Source of the DNA: Octopus sinensis
Lineage: Eukaryota
Assembly: GCF_006345805.1 (NCBI RefSeq)
Contig: NC_043007.1
Coordinates: 3,348,001-3,412,000, forward strand
Reading direction: 5' to 3'
DNA: 64,000 nt
Shown here piece after piece: positions 14,788 to 26,290 of this stretch; the stretch's first letter is position 1, and each line of letters starts with the position of its first letter. A program made the position numbers and the translations under genes. The notes under the pieces are model-generated. The model did no database searches, was not told the DNA's origin, and saw only the letters and a list, made by a program, of their open reading frames with translations.

Positions 14788-15286
14788 GAAAACCGTTGTT
14801 TAGGAAAAATTCACGGCACATTGCACAGGAATTAAGCAAAGTAGTTTAATTGAAGTTACTTTTCGTTCATCAAACACATAAAACACATGAAATAGGAAAA
14901 GTGTCTAAACTTGGTCAGCGGCTCCCTTACCGTCTGACAGATCCTCAGATTAATCAAAGAGTTCCTCTCTCCTCATCATTGGAAAGAAGGCTTACTGCTG
15001 AACCTTTCCTGAGTGGAAATTCCACAAGTGATAGCGGCCCGTCGAGGTTTACGTTACTCTTTGGTCTGGGCAACAGCAGCAGCAGCAGTCGACGCGGCAC
15101 CACTGCTCCGGCGATAGTTACGCTTGTCTCATGTCTGGGCAGCTCGTGCGGCAGTAGCTGACGCAGTTTCAGTTTTCTGGCGATGTATATGTTGGTGTTG
15201 GGTCCGAGCAGCTTGTGCAGCTTCAGTTGACATCTTCGTGTAGCGGCAGTTGGCATCAGCGGTCCGTCGAAGTTGACGCTGGTGTT

Positions 15287-15658
15287 TGTTTGTTTGTTGA
15301 GCGAAGCGGTCTTCGTCGCAGAGTGGGAGAAGTCCGAAACGTGGTCCTTTGCTATTCGTAAGACCCGCAGAAGAGAAAGCAGGTCAACCCCCAACACCGA
15401 GAGCATCGACGGATGGATGAATGCGCATCCAGGCTCAGCGGTTGCGTAGGAAGTCGGGGACAAGAAACAAGAAGGAAGAGTGAGAGAAAGTTGGAGCGAA
15501 AGAGTACAACAGGGGTCGCCACCACCCCCTGCCGGAGCCTCGTGGAGCTTTTGGTGTTTTCACTCAAAAAACACACACAACGCCCGGTCTGGGAATCGAA
15601 ACCGCGATCCTCCAACCGCGAGTCCGCTGCCCTAACCATTGGGCCATTGTGCCTCCAC
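15287..15658 (-). mobile_element. SINE with family A head, different body, (AAAC)n tail
   Basis: Head matches 6437. TSD TGACGCT(G/A)GTGTT at 15274-15286 and 15659-15671. Confidence 0.85.
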
Positions 15659-16382
15659 TGACGCTAGTGTTCAGTTTCTATCGTTCGTGCATTAGCGATT
15701 GTTATTGCATTTCTTGCCAGGCTAGTATTTCGTTAGTGGTCATCGTTTTCGAGTGCTCTTGTAGTGGCTGTGCGTTCAGCATTTTGAGAGCGTCTAATAG
15801 AAGTTTCCAGTAACGATTCATTTACCCTCTTTGCAGTTGATCTCGCTGCTTGCGCAGTTTTTCGGCCAATAGAATAACTTTTCCTTCAGGGCATGACGTT
15901 ACCTGCCTGTTATGGTTTGGTTGGAAGTTCTTGCATTTCTAAGTATGCAGAGCAGGTGAAAGAGGAGATATATCGTTTAAACAATGGCATTTAAACAATA
16001 GGTAAATTTATGAAGCTGACTGGTTACCCATTTCAACTTTCCATGTCATAGAAAAGAGGGAAGAGTCAAGGGCAAAACATGTAGATATGCGTTCGTGTTT
16101 GACAGAACAATAGGCCGTATGTGTAGGGAGAATTTGTAGATTCGATTTCGAATCTCAGGTAGGAACAAGCGAGGTTTGTACAGAACTGATTAGTAACTTA
16201 AATTCCGGATATACAAAATGTGACGTCGTCGTTAAACGCGGAAACAAACACACACACACACACACATACACACACACACACACACATACACACACACACA
16301 CACACACATACACACACACACACGCATACACACACACACACACACACGTACTGACACAAGAGTGCATATATATATGTATATA

Positions 16383-16425
<43 letters not shown>

Positions 16426-17063
16426 TATATACACATCTATATATATATATATATACGTGCGTGTGTATGTGTGTGTGTGTGTGTGTCTGTGTGTGTGTGT
16501 AGCAGGTTTCGTTGAGGATAAACGACTTGTGTGAAAAGTGATCAAACACACAAATTAATGGCAAACTAATGACTCCCAACAATTTCTCTTTTTATGCTTC
16601 TATAATAGATATTAACGCGATCAGTGTTGCATTTTACGTCCACCCGGCCAGCGTCCCTTTGATAATCCCGTATTCACATATGAGGTGTTTAAATAAGTAA
16701 CGATGCCGAAAGCTCTTTGCTTGACACAGGTTTACGATCTGCGATTCAAGCAAGTTCGATTCCGCGCTATTTTATTTCACTTGATATGAGGATTAAAGAT
16801 TGATTCATGCTTTTATGTATAGAAAGAAGTACGAACACTGGCTCGGGTAGCAAACTGGCAGAAATATTAGCTCCTCTCACTGACTGGCATGTGGTGTTTG
16901 TTATGACTATCTGCACTGCGAACTGCGAGTTCAAGTCACACTAGAGGTGAGCTGTCTTAGTTACTTCTTCGGGATGGATAAATAAAGTATCATTTCAGTT
17001 CAGAGTTCAACCCGAATAATTGGTTTTTGTGCTTTATTTTAAAATCAGGCACTAGCGTAGTTA

Positions 17064-17489
17064 GTGTGTGTGCCGCCAAGGGCGACCCTTCCCCACAAAT
17101 AAACACATATTGCCTACAGTAATCGCCTACAACAGGATGAAAAGTGTCGCCCGGGGCGGAGCACCCCCACCCCCAGCTGCACTAATGGCTTCAGACCCTT
17201 TCATTTGGGTGTGTGTGTGCGTGTGTGTTCGGAAAGGAGAAACCTTTAAAGAAATCCGGAGTGGCGCCCCGTAGGCGGTTTAGTGTTCGACTCAACACTC
17301 TTCTAACAGCTCCTACAACCAAACTGGTGCCAAACGTAATGTTCTGCACTCGTTTTAATTACGTCAGCAAGGGCGAGAGAGGAATCCTGACGATTGGGCT
17401 ACCCTGGATTTTCTTACATCTAGCCCAGGCCTGCGCAAAACGTTTAAGCGCAACTCCATTGTCTCCCGAGACAAAAGGATGCCAACAAT
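17064..17489 (+). mobile_element. Non-coding GC-rich retroelement ending in an RTE-LINE 3' tail
   Basis: 17448-17489 GCGCAACTCCATTGTCTCCCGAGACAAAAGGATGCCAACAAT matches the 3' end of the RTE LINE at 62800-62843 (minus strand). Confidence 0.65.
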
Positions 17490-18342
17490 AATATTCCATT
17501 GTCATGCAGTTTATCTTAAAACAGGCAAACCTAATCCAAAGAAGCTATTTTAAACTATTAAGGTTTCTTCTCATTCATTGCACTTGGAAGGGGATTTAAA
17601 ATAACCAAGGGACTCTAAAATCAACATATTTATGTGTATCATAAGCATTTCATTGCGAATATCAGATATTTTATGTGTTATCGCCGTTTCACTTTTTGTA
17701 TATACATTGATGTTATTTTTTTTTTTGTCCTGGTTGACAGTTAGGACAAAAATCATTCAAAGCGTAATCATTTCATATTTTCGGACGTTAAAGAACTACA
17801 CATTGTTTATTATGGCATTTCAATAATTTGAAGAACGGTGATATGACAGAAGCATTGGAATGTCGAAAAAATTCTTTACAGTATTTCTTCTGTCTCTTCA
17901 AATTCTGTGCTTAAATGGCAAAAAGTTGGCATTTCCTTTTATATCTTCGGAATGGATAAAGTAAACTTCTACTGAAATACTGGGGTTGATGTAATCGACT
18001 TGGCTTCTCTTCCAAAAACTGTTGGACTCGCACCAAAATTAGAAAGACGCTAGGATGCAATATAAAGGAAATTTGACTTCTATTCTGGAAGGTAGAACGA
18101 CCACATAGAGGCTTCCTTCGACTTTTGGAGCACTCTCAAGAAAATATTTCTAGATACTAAAGTACACTTCCATACAAACGGATGTATTTCATGGCTTAAA
18201 ATATATATTCTAACTGAGTATGTGATACTTATAACCGCAGGAATATTAGAGTTTGATATCGTCATAGCTTCTATTCATAACAGGTAGTTAGACATTATAC
18301 ACATCACTATATCACTTTATCAAATATCTTGATGCATTGTAG

Positions 18343-18409
<67 letters not shown>

Positions 18410-18782
18410 TATATATAATATATATATATATATACATACATACATACATACATACATACACATACATACATACATACACATACATACATACATACGTACA
18501 TACATACGTACATACATACATATATATCAATGTTAGTTTTTATGTCGAGATATAAAAGAGTGATTTTACATTCAACTGGAAGATCACTCAATACTCTTCG
18601 GTAGTACTGAGAATGGTGACGGCAGTAACTTCAAAGTTTCGGCCGATACCACAGCTCGACGAAGGCTAGCAGTTCAGTTCGAACCTTCGAAACATTTTCA
18701 ACGATACCCTTGTTAACATTCTTTCATGATTCGACTCTGTTTTCATAAGACGTCAGAACAGCTTCCAATAACAATTTGAATA

Positions 18783-19142
18783 TTATTACCTTCGCGAAGG
18801 CGGAAGTGTTGTTTTTAGCCGTGCTTGTTTGACCGTGAACAAGATATCTCAAGAACCGCTGGATGGATTTGGATGAAACTTTCAGGGATGTTTGGCCTTG
18901 TGACTGGCACAAACTGATTAGATTTTGGAATTGATCGGGTACCGCACAAGAATTCTGGATTATTTTTCCGTTTTTTTCCTTAATTTTGAGAGCGGTCGGA
19001 TTCATTTTAAGTATTCTCATTTGTGAGAGCAGTCAAGCTTATTTCAGATATTCTCATTTTTAAAAAAATTTCCGTCTAATTGTTGAGAGGACGTTGGTGT
19101 TGCCTTGTCGGAGGTTTGCGTTCTCTGAGAGCTCTTGTTATT
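18783..19142 (+). mobile_element. Helentron-associated non-autonomous element (HINE/DINE-1-like)
   Basis: Subterminal inverted repeats ACCTTCGCGAAGGC (18788-18801) and GCCTTGTCGGAGGT (19102-19115), 11/14 match. A short 3' hairpin follows, and both flanks are T-rich. Confidence 0.65.
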
Positions 19143-19458
19143 TTTTTGTTTTTGTTTGAATAAGATGGAACTTCAAGTGTTCACTTTCATACGCTTTAAT
19201 TTCGATAATTTTCGTGAAATGTCTATATTCCTAATTCTTTGAACACTGTTTATATCCCAGAATTATATATATACTGCATTCTGGTTGAAAGCACCCAAGT
19301 TCATATTCATCGATAATAACTCGAATTATATTAATCAATGACTAGACTTTTAATTATTTCAGTCAGTAGATTGTGTGGCCATTTTCGCTAACGCCTAAAT
19401 AACTTCTAGTCGAACAAATCAGCCCAGTGCATTTTTGTGAGCGTGTGTGTGTGTATGT

Positions 19459-19538
<80 letters not shown>

Positions 19539-19688
19539 TGTGTTGTGCGCGCACCCGTATTTTAAGCTTTGCACTAATCCGATACTATACTTTTGCAGAA
19601 CCGCTAGATTGTGGAGACGTAAACACATTAACACAGGTTTCCAAGTAATGAGGGGACACACACACAAACGCACGCACACACACAAGCA

Positions 19689-19751
<63 letters not shown>

Positions 19752-19752
<1 letters not shown>

Positions 19753-19893
19753 CGGACGGGCTTCTTTCAGTTTCCATCACTCCTCGGTCAGCTCAATGCT
19801 GTAGCAGAAAACACTTTCCCTACTTGCCACGCAGTGGGACTGAACTTGGAACAGTGTGATTGGGAAGGAAACTTACAAAATAACCACCATGTC
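19752..19893 (-). mobile_element. SINE family C, 5' part
   Basis: GACGGGCTTCTTTCAGTTTCC...CCACGCAGTGGGACTGAAC block. Confidence 0.75.
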
Positions 19894-20328
19894 TAATTTG
19901 TATACGTTTTTCTGTTATCAGAATTGGTAAAATAACATTGAAATACGACATCCCAGTCTTTTGGCGGTTCCATTCTGTATATGCACCATTATTTCAAGAG
20001 CTTGCCAGCAACACTTCAAAACTTCCGCGCAATACAAAGAATAAATCAGGTTTTGGAACAGATATAAAATGAGGAATTTATAGTTACCACATAAACCCGA
20101 CAATAACGCAACATTATTGCTATGTGCTAATAAAATATTCCACGAATTACATCATGTTCATGGCTGAAGTTACGAACCGTTGTTCGAATGCATACACAAA
20201 ATTATTTCATAAAAAATATTGGACTTCCTTATTTTCGTAGCATCTAAGGTAGAGATGTCTTCATGAATCTTTGTATCTTTCAGTATTTGTTGCCAAAGTG
20301 AGATGCGTGTGTATGCATGTATATGTGT

Positions 20329-20628
20329 GGAGGCACATGGCCTAATAGTGAGAGCAGCGGATTCGCGGTCGAGGGATCGCAGGTTCGAATCTCAGACCGG
20401 GCGATGTGTGTTTATGAGCGAAACACCTAAGCTCCACGCGGCTCCGGCAGAAAATAATGGCGAACTTCTGCTGATTCTTTTGCCATATCTTTCTCTCACT
20501 TTTTCCCCTGCATCTTGCGGCTCACCTGCGACGGACCGGCGTCCCGTCCAGGTGGGGAACTTATACGCCAAGGAAACCGGGAAACCGGCCCTTATGAGCC
20601 AGGCATGACTCGAGAAGGAATAACAAAA
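20329..20628 (+). mobile_element. SINE with family A head and V-domain-like body
   Basis: Box B GGTTCGAATCT. Body GCGACGGACCGGCGTCCCGTCCAGG...GAAACCGG resembles the V-SINE conserved domain. A second partial copy lies at 49645-49745. Confidence 0.7.
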
Positions 20629-20679
20629 CAACATGTATATGTGTGTGTATGTGTGTCCGTGTATCTCTATATATTCATT

Positions 20680-21078
20680 CTCTTTTTACTCTTTTACTTG
20701 TTTCAGTCATTGACTGCGGCCATGCTGGAGCACCGCCTTTAGTCGAGCAAATCGAGCCCAGGACTTATTCTCTGGAAGCGTAGTACATATTCTATCGGTT
20801 TCTTTTGCCGAACCGCTAAGTTAAGGGGACGAAAACACACCACCATCGGTTGTCAAGAGATGTTGGGAGGGGGACAAACACAGACACACAAACATACAGA
20901 CAATATATATATATACATATATACGACGGGCTTCTTTCAGTTTCCGTCTACCAAATCCACTCACAAGGCTTTGGTCGGCTCGAGGCTATAGTAGAAGACA
21001 CTCGCCCAAGGTGCCACGCAGTGGGACTGAACCCGGAAGGATGTGGCTGGTAAGCAAGCTACTTACCACTCATTCGCC
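20680..21078 (-). mobile_element. SINE family C, full length
   Basis: Head, internal microsatellite, 3' half and (AAAAGAGT)n tail are all present. Confidence 0.9.
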
Positions 21079-21594
21079 TAATATATGAGAACCAATAGGC
21101 GTTCAGATGAACGTGTTGGTATTAAACATGGTTTCGGAGTGTTTATGAGGGTTTATATTTTGTTTTCAATGCATGACGCAAGCATACATCTAAATTGAAA
21201 TAAAATTTCTATTTACTTAGCCAGACATTTTAGTATACTTCTGATAGTATTTCTAACACCTTAATTATATTATAAAAATAAACACCGATCATACTTGTAA
21301 AGTGTGTAACACCAAAGAACTTCGTTCACATAATGATTCCCCAAAGGTAAAATAAACTAAGTTTACATTTTTCAAAACGAAAATAGTTTGCTAGAAATAT
21401 TTATCGATAAATATTAATAACACTGTTCTCCGTGTAAAGAAGAACCAAGACGTATGTAAACATGGAGCCGGCTGGAATGTGGTTAACATATTGCGGTGTC
21501 TCTAAATATAATTTGGTTGAATATAATTGAATAGGATACAAAAAGCAAATATGATTACATACACGGAAAGGCAGAAGCACAAACACACACTCAC

Positions 21595-21609
21595 ACACTC
21601 ATGTATATA

Positions 21610-21644
<35 letters not shown>

Positions 21645-21667
21645 GCATATATGTGTGTGTATATATA

Positions 21668-21715
<48 letters not shown>

Positions 21716-21762
21716 TATATATATGTAGATGTATATATATATATATGTACCTATTATGTATA

Positions 21763-21826
<64 letters not shown>

Positions 21827-22043
21827 GACGTACACACACATACATATATACATACATACATATTTACATATAAATATATCCATACATATATATGTCTATA
21901 TATACGTATATATATATATATATACGTATATACATATAATACATATATATACACATGCATATATATGTGTATGAATACATATGTATATATATATAGATAT
22001 GTGTGTTTATATATATATATATATATATGTAGATGTATATATA

Positions 22044-22074
<31 letters not shown>

Positions 22075-22395
22075 CTTATATATATATATATACATGTATG
22101 TGCATGTACATATTGATATAGGCATCACATGATATTGATACATATACAGGGCTATACATACATTCACTTACACTCCGACACTCACACATGTATATGCATA
22201 ATTAAATATTCGCATATTTCCAGTCAACTATGTATGTCTATAAATATGTATATGCTTTATGTCTTTATACAAATATATGAATGTTTGTGTGTGTCTACAT
22301 ATATTACGTGACATATACATCTATATACAAATAAAACGCATATGTATATATATCTATATCTATATCTATATCTATATATATATAATATATATATA

Positions 22396-22425
<30 letters not shown>
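21595..22425. repeat. (TA)n-dominated microsatellite field
   Basis: Directly visible. Confidence 0.95.
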
Positions 22426-22427
<2 letters not shown>

Positions 22428-22706
22428 GTTAAGACTAGTTTCAGCCTATTGGTTGTGGCAGTTAGGCAATCCATTTGCAAAGTATGGTATACAAAGAGCT
22501 AATTGTGATTATAGAAAACAAAGTAATGATATAATGAACACAAATGGAAAGTTTGCAAGAGTAATAATTTTATATATAACAACTCAGAAATAATACTCGA
22601 CACAGACTGGGATGCTATAGATATCCACCCGTTGAAAAATCTGCACACAATCACATATATATGTATGTATGCATGTGTGTAGATATATGTGTGTGTGCGG
22701 GGTATA

Positions 22707-23962
22707 CAGGAGTTGAACAAAATAATAGAGACACCATAAAAATTCAACAAATTTATTTTAATATAGAGTACGACCGTCTTTGGCAGTAATTACAGCTTGA
22801 ATTCTACGAGGTATGGACTCATACAAAGTTTGAATTGTTTCCAAAGGAATCTTTGTCCATTCTTCAGCTAAAACAGTCTCCAGTTCTTGTAGTTGCAATG
22901 GTGGAGGAAATTGCATCCTTATTTGTTTTTCTAAAATGCACCATAAATGTTCAATAATATTGATATCCGGGGACTGTGGTGGTCAGATAAGATGTTCAAC
23001 TTCACTAGAATGTTCCTCGTGTTATTCAGTAACAACTTAAGCTGAGTGAATTGGTGTATTATCATCCTGAAACATTGCGTTCCCTCTGGAAACAGTTCCG
23101 CAACCATAGGATGAATTTGATCAGATAAAAGGCTTAAATAGTATTGACTATTAATTCTGCCATGAAGGGAAACCATTTGGCCGGCGGATTTCCAAGATAT
23201 ACCCCACCCCCATATCATTATAGATCCTTCTCCCTGCTTAACTGTTGGGAGAAGGCAGTCTACGTCAAATGCTTCTTTTGGTTGTCTCCATACGTATGCT
23301 CGGCCGGTGGTCGGAAATAAGGTAACGTATGACTCGTCCAAGAAAATGACATTCTTCCACTGCTCTAGGGACCAATTCTGTGGGTTTTTACTCCACTCTA
23401 AACGCTTTGCAACCTTTGTTTTTGAAAGTAGTGTTTTTTTGAGTGCAACCCTCCCGTGAAATCCGGCTTCGTGCTGCTCCCGTCGAACAGGCTTTCCGGA
23501 CACTGGGTTCTCGATGTGGTCATTAAGCTCTGCAGGAATTTTGCGAGCTGTACTTTTGTGATCCTTTCTAACAATTCAAGTAAGAGTCCGACGGTCCCTA
23601 TCTGAAAGTTTTGGTTTTCTTCCGGAGTTTTGATTCGACAAGTAGGTTTTTTCCCTCTTTCTTAAAAGCTGTCATTACTTCTGCGACAGCACTTCTTGAT
23701 ACACCAAACATTTCGGCTGTTTTCCTTACGCTAGCGCCTGCAATACGAGCACCAACAATTTGCCTTCTTTGAAAGTCCGATAGATCTGTCATTTAAATTA
23801 ATGTTAATTGCTTTTTTCTGAGCAATTTTAGCAAAATAAATTAAACAACACAAACAATGAATCAAGAAGCATAAAAATAAACAAGCTTGTGATGGTTTTA
23901 TAGATATTTCAAAATTATGATGCTATGTCGCTAGGGGTTTCCATTATTCTGTCCAACCCCTG
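22707..23962 (-). mobile_element. Tc1-family DNA transposon, full length (1256 bp), frameshifted transposase
   Basis: TIRs CAGGAGTTGAACAAAATAATAGAGACACC and GGGGTTTCCATTATTCTGTCCAACCCCTG, with TA on both sides. The ORF pieces read MTDLSDFQRRQIVGARIAGASV... (23792) and ...WKNVIFLDES...TVKQGEGSIMIWG... (22931-23503). Confidence 0.95.
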
Positions 23963-23999
23963 TATATATACATCCATATATATATATATAATGACACGG

Positions 24000-24290
24000 T
24001 ACTGCAATATACCTATGTTCTATACGAGATCGTCTGTGACAAACGTGGGGCATCCTACATAGGAAGCACAACAAGAAAACTGCATATACGTCTAACGGAA
24101 CACATGCAGACAGACACATCTCCAGAAAAGCCAGACCCGGGAATTGACAGTGTACATCAGGGCAACACAGCAGAACAGGAGCAATTTTAGAATCTCTGAG
24201 GCCATCCTCATACAGCAAATATCAACAACAGAAACCAAATATCAACAACAGAAGAGAGTTACAGGAAGCTAGCTGGTTGCTATAGCAACG
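24000..24290 (+). pseudogene. Penelope-like element GIY-YIG endonuclease remnant
   Basis: From 24014 the frame reads YVLYEIVCDKRGASYIGSTTRKLHIRLTEH (YIG at 24056-24064). After frameshifts it reads RISEAILIQQ and KPNINNRREL. Confidence 0.8.
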
Positions 24291-24353
24291 CCTTTCCGCG
24301 CATGCCCACTCCACACATTCTCACCCACACGCACATTGGCGACATTCGTTATT

Positions 24354-24388
24354 TTTTTGAAAAGGGGGTCATAAACCGAAATATTGAA
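24354..24388 (+). ncRNA. Hammerhead-like motif with U3-A8 core, 3' of the PLE remnant
   Basis: UUU-UUGAAAA-GGG-GGU(CAUAA)ACC-GAAA-UAU-U-GAA; stem III is the palindrome AUAU. Confidence 0.45.
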
Positions 24389-25246
24389 TGCAAAGTAACT
24401 CTACATTAATTCATATATTTGTCTTCTTGACATTTGCCTTGCATTTTCATCGCATTGTTCTGGCCCTACCCACGACCCTTTATACAATATATTCAACACA
24501 ATGCTTCAAAGTAATTATTCCACTATAGTATATATATATATATATAATATATATATATATACACATACATACATGCATGCAGACAGACAGGCATATATAT
24601 AAAATACAAAATGGGACAAGAACGCAAAACATTCAGATAGACGATACAAAAAAACAAGAACATACATACATACATACATACATACATACATACATACATA
24701 CATACATACATACATACATACATACATACATGCATACATGCATACATACATACATGCATGCACGTATATACATAAATATACATGTATTCTAAAAGGTCGT
24801 AAAATCATAAAAAGGTACACCAAGCATCAAGGATTAAAATAAAGATGTGTTCATATATAGTTAACACGTCCGTGTACGCTGAAACTGAATTCAGTATTTC
24901 TTTTGTTAAGTTGTTCTTCACGTAACCGTTTTTCTCCCGTGGCAACATTTATACGGTTACAGGTCAACAGTTCACCTGGTGGCCCCTAGCGCGTGACGTC
25001 TCAGAAGACTGTTTGATTGTCGCTCATTTCAGGCAAATCTAATTTTATGCGCATATACTTAAGATAATCAATGGTTTTCCTTCTGGATAAGGAAAACCTT
25101 GATGTTATTGTAACTTTGAATAATTTAAATATTTGATGACTGCATTTTTACATTACATTTTTCCAAATGTTACCCAATCAGCAAAATAGGAGAGCAACTA
25201 TAATTGCACCCTCCTTTGTTTTTAAATTGCTACTAATAATCCTTTC

Positions 25247-25855
25247 TACTGTAGGCACAAGGGCTGAAATTCGCGGGGAGGGGGCCACTCGATTAGATCG
25301 ACACTAGTACGTAACTGGTACTTAATTCATTGGCCCCGAAAGGATGAAAGGCAAAGTCGACCTCGGCAGAATTTGAACTCAGAACGTACTGACAAACGAT
25401 ATACCTATTTCTTTATTACCCACAAGGGGCTAAACACAGAGGGGACAAACAAGGACAGACAAAGGGATTAAGTCGATTACATCAACCTCAGTGCGTAACT
25501 GGTACTTAATTTATCGACCCCGAAAGGATGAAAGGCAAAGTCGACCTCGGCGGTATTTGAACTCAGAACGTAACGGTAGACGAAATACCGCTAAACATTT
25601 CGCCCGGCGTGCTAACGTTTCTTATTTCTTTATTGCCCACAAGGGGCTAAACATAGAGGGAACAAACAAGGACAGACAAAGGGATTAAGTCGATTACATC
25701 AACCCCACTGCGTAACTGGTACTTATCTAATCGACCCCGAATGGATGAAAGGCAAAGTCGACCTCGGCAGAATTTGAACTCAGAACGTAGAGGCAGACGA
25801 AATACCGCTAAGCATTTCGCCCGGCGTGCTAACAATTCTGCCAGCTCGCCGCCTT
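25247..25855 (-). mobile_element. SINE family B, tandem trimer
   Basis: Three successive GTCGACCTCGGCxGAATTTGAACTCAGAACG blocks with tails between them. Confidence 0.9.
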
Positions 25856-25865
25856 TACTTAACTA

Positions 25866-26111
25866 TTGAGTTGGTGCATAATTATTGCGGCTCCCCCCCC
25901 CCCAACAAATTTTATTGTACAAAAACAATATTTAACAAAAACATCTTCAAATGACGGTCTGACCGTCGACCAAACAAATGGGAAGCAATAATTGAAGTAG
26001 ATGGTGATTATGCTCCGGAATAATCATTTAAAGATGTTTTTGTTATATGTTTTTCTTTTTGTTGAATAAAATTTGTTGAGAAAAAGCCGCAATAATTATG
26101 CACCAACCCAA
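25866..26111 (-). mobile_element. Mariner-derived MITE (246 bp)
   Basis: TIRs TTGAGTTGGTGCATAATTATTGCGGC and GCCGCAATAATTATGCACCAACCCAA, with TA TSD. The strand given is nominal: the C-terminal transposase remnant (PNKWEAIIEVDGDYAPE*) reads on the plus strand. Confidence 0.9.
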
Positions 26112-26154
26112 TACTAACAAGGAAATAGAAAATCCCCTTCAGTTTCGAATAATT

Positions 26155-26290
26155 CCGTTAAATATTCCGTTGTGCCTGGCGAGAGTCATTTTCTTTATGT
26201 GCCTTATAATGTAACACACTCACCGGTAAAATTTCCACTTATTTCTTATTTTTATTTTCCTAAAATTTTCGTTGCAACCTTTTCAAAAGT
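26155..26290 (-). repeat. Dispersed repeat shared with 57463-57570 (+), carrying a hammerhead-like 5' end
   Basis: About 110 bp GCAACGAAAATTTTAGGAAAATAAAAATAAG...GACTCT is present at both loci in opposite orientation. Confidence 0.8.

Larger units (their letters stand above)
12134..15894 (-). mobile_element. Helitron-like element (deleted, dead): N-terminal ORF remnant plus 3' hairpin-CTAG terminus
   Basis: The minus strand ends CCGG-GTGAAA-CCGG...CTAG|T (12134-12161). A remnant ORF from ATG 15894 reads MP*RKSYSIGRKTAQAARSTAKRVNES..., with ENDDH*R/ETEHQR/QT*DKR/QTKE*R repeats. It is in frame across the SINE at 15287-15658 and ends at 14976. The 5' boundary is not defined. Confidence 0.55.

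Noticed and set aside
18650-18700. CTCGACGA...GAAAC motif (similar one near 37370)
   Set aside because: The core departs from CUGANGA and the flanking stems are unconvincing.
22432-22470. Half hammerhead on the minus strand (GCC...GGCU-GAAACUAGUC)
   Set aside because: The CUGANGA half is absent.
25247-25855. CRISPR-like repeat-spacer pattern
   Set aside because: These are tandem SINE units with homologous rather than unique spacers, in eukaryotic DNA with no cas genes.
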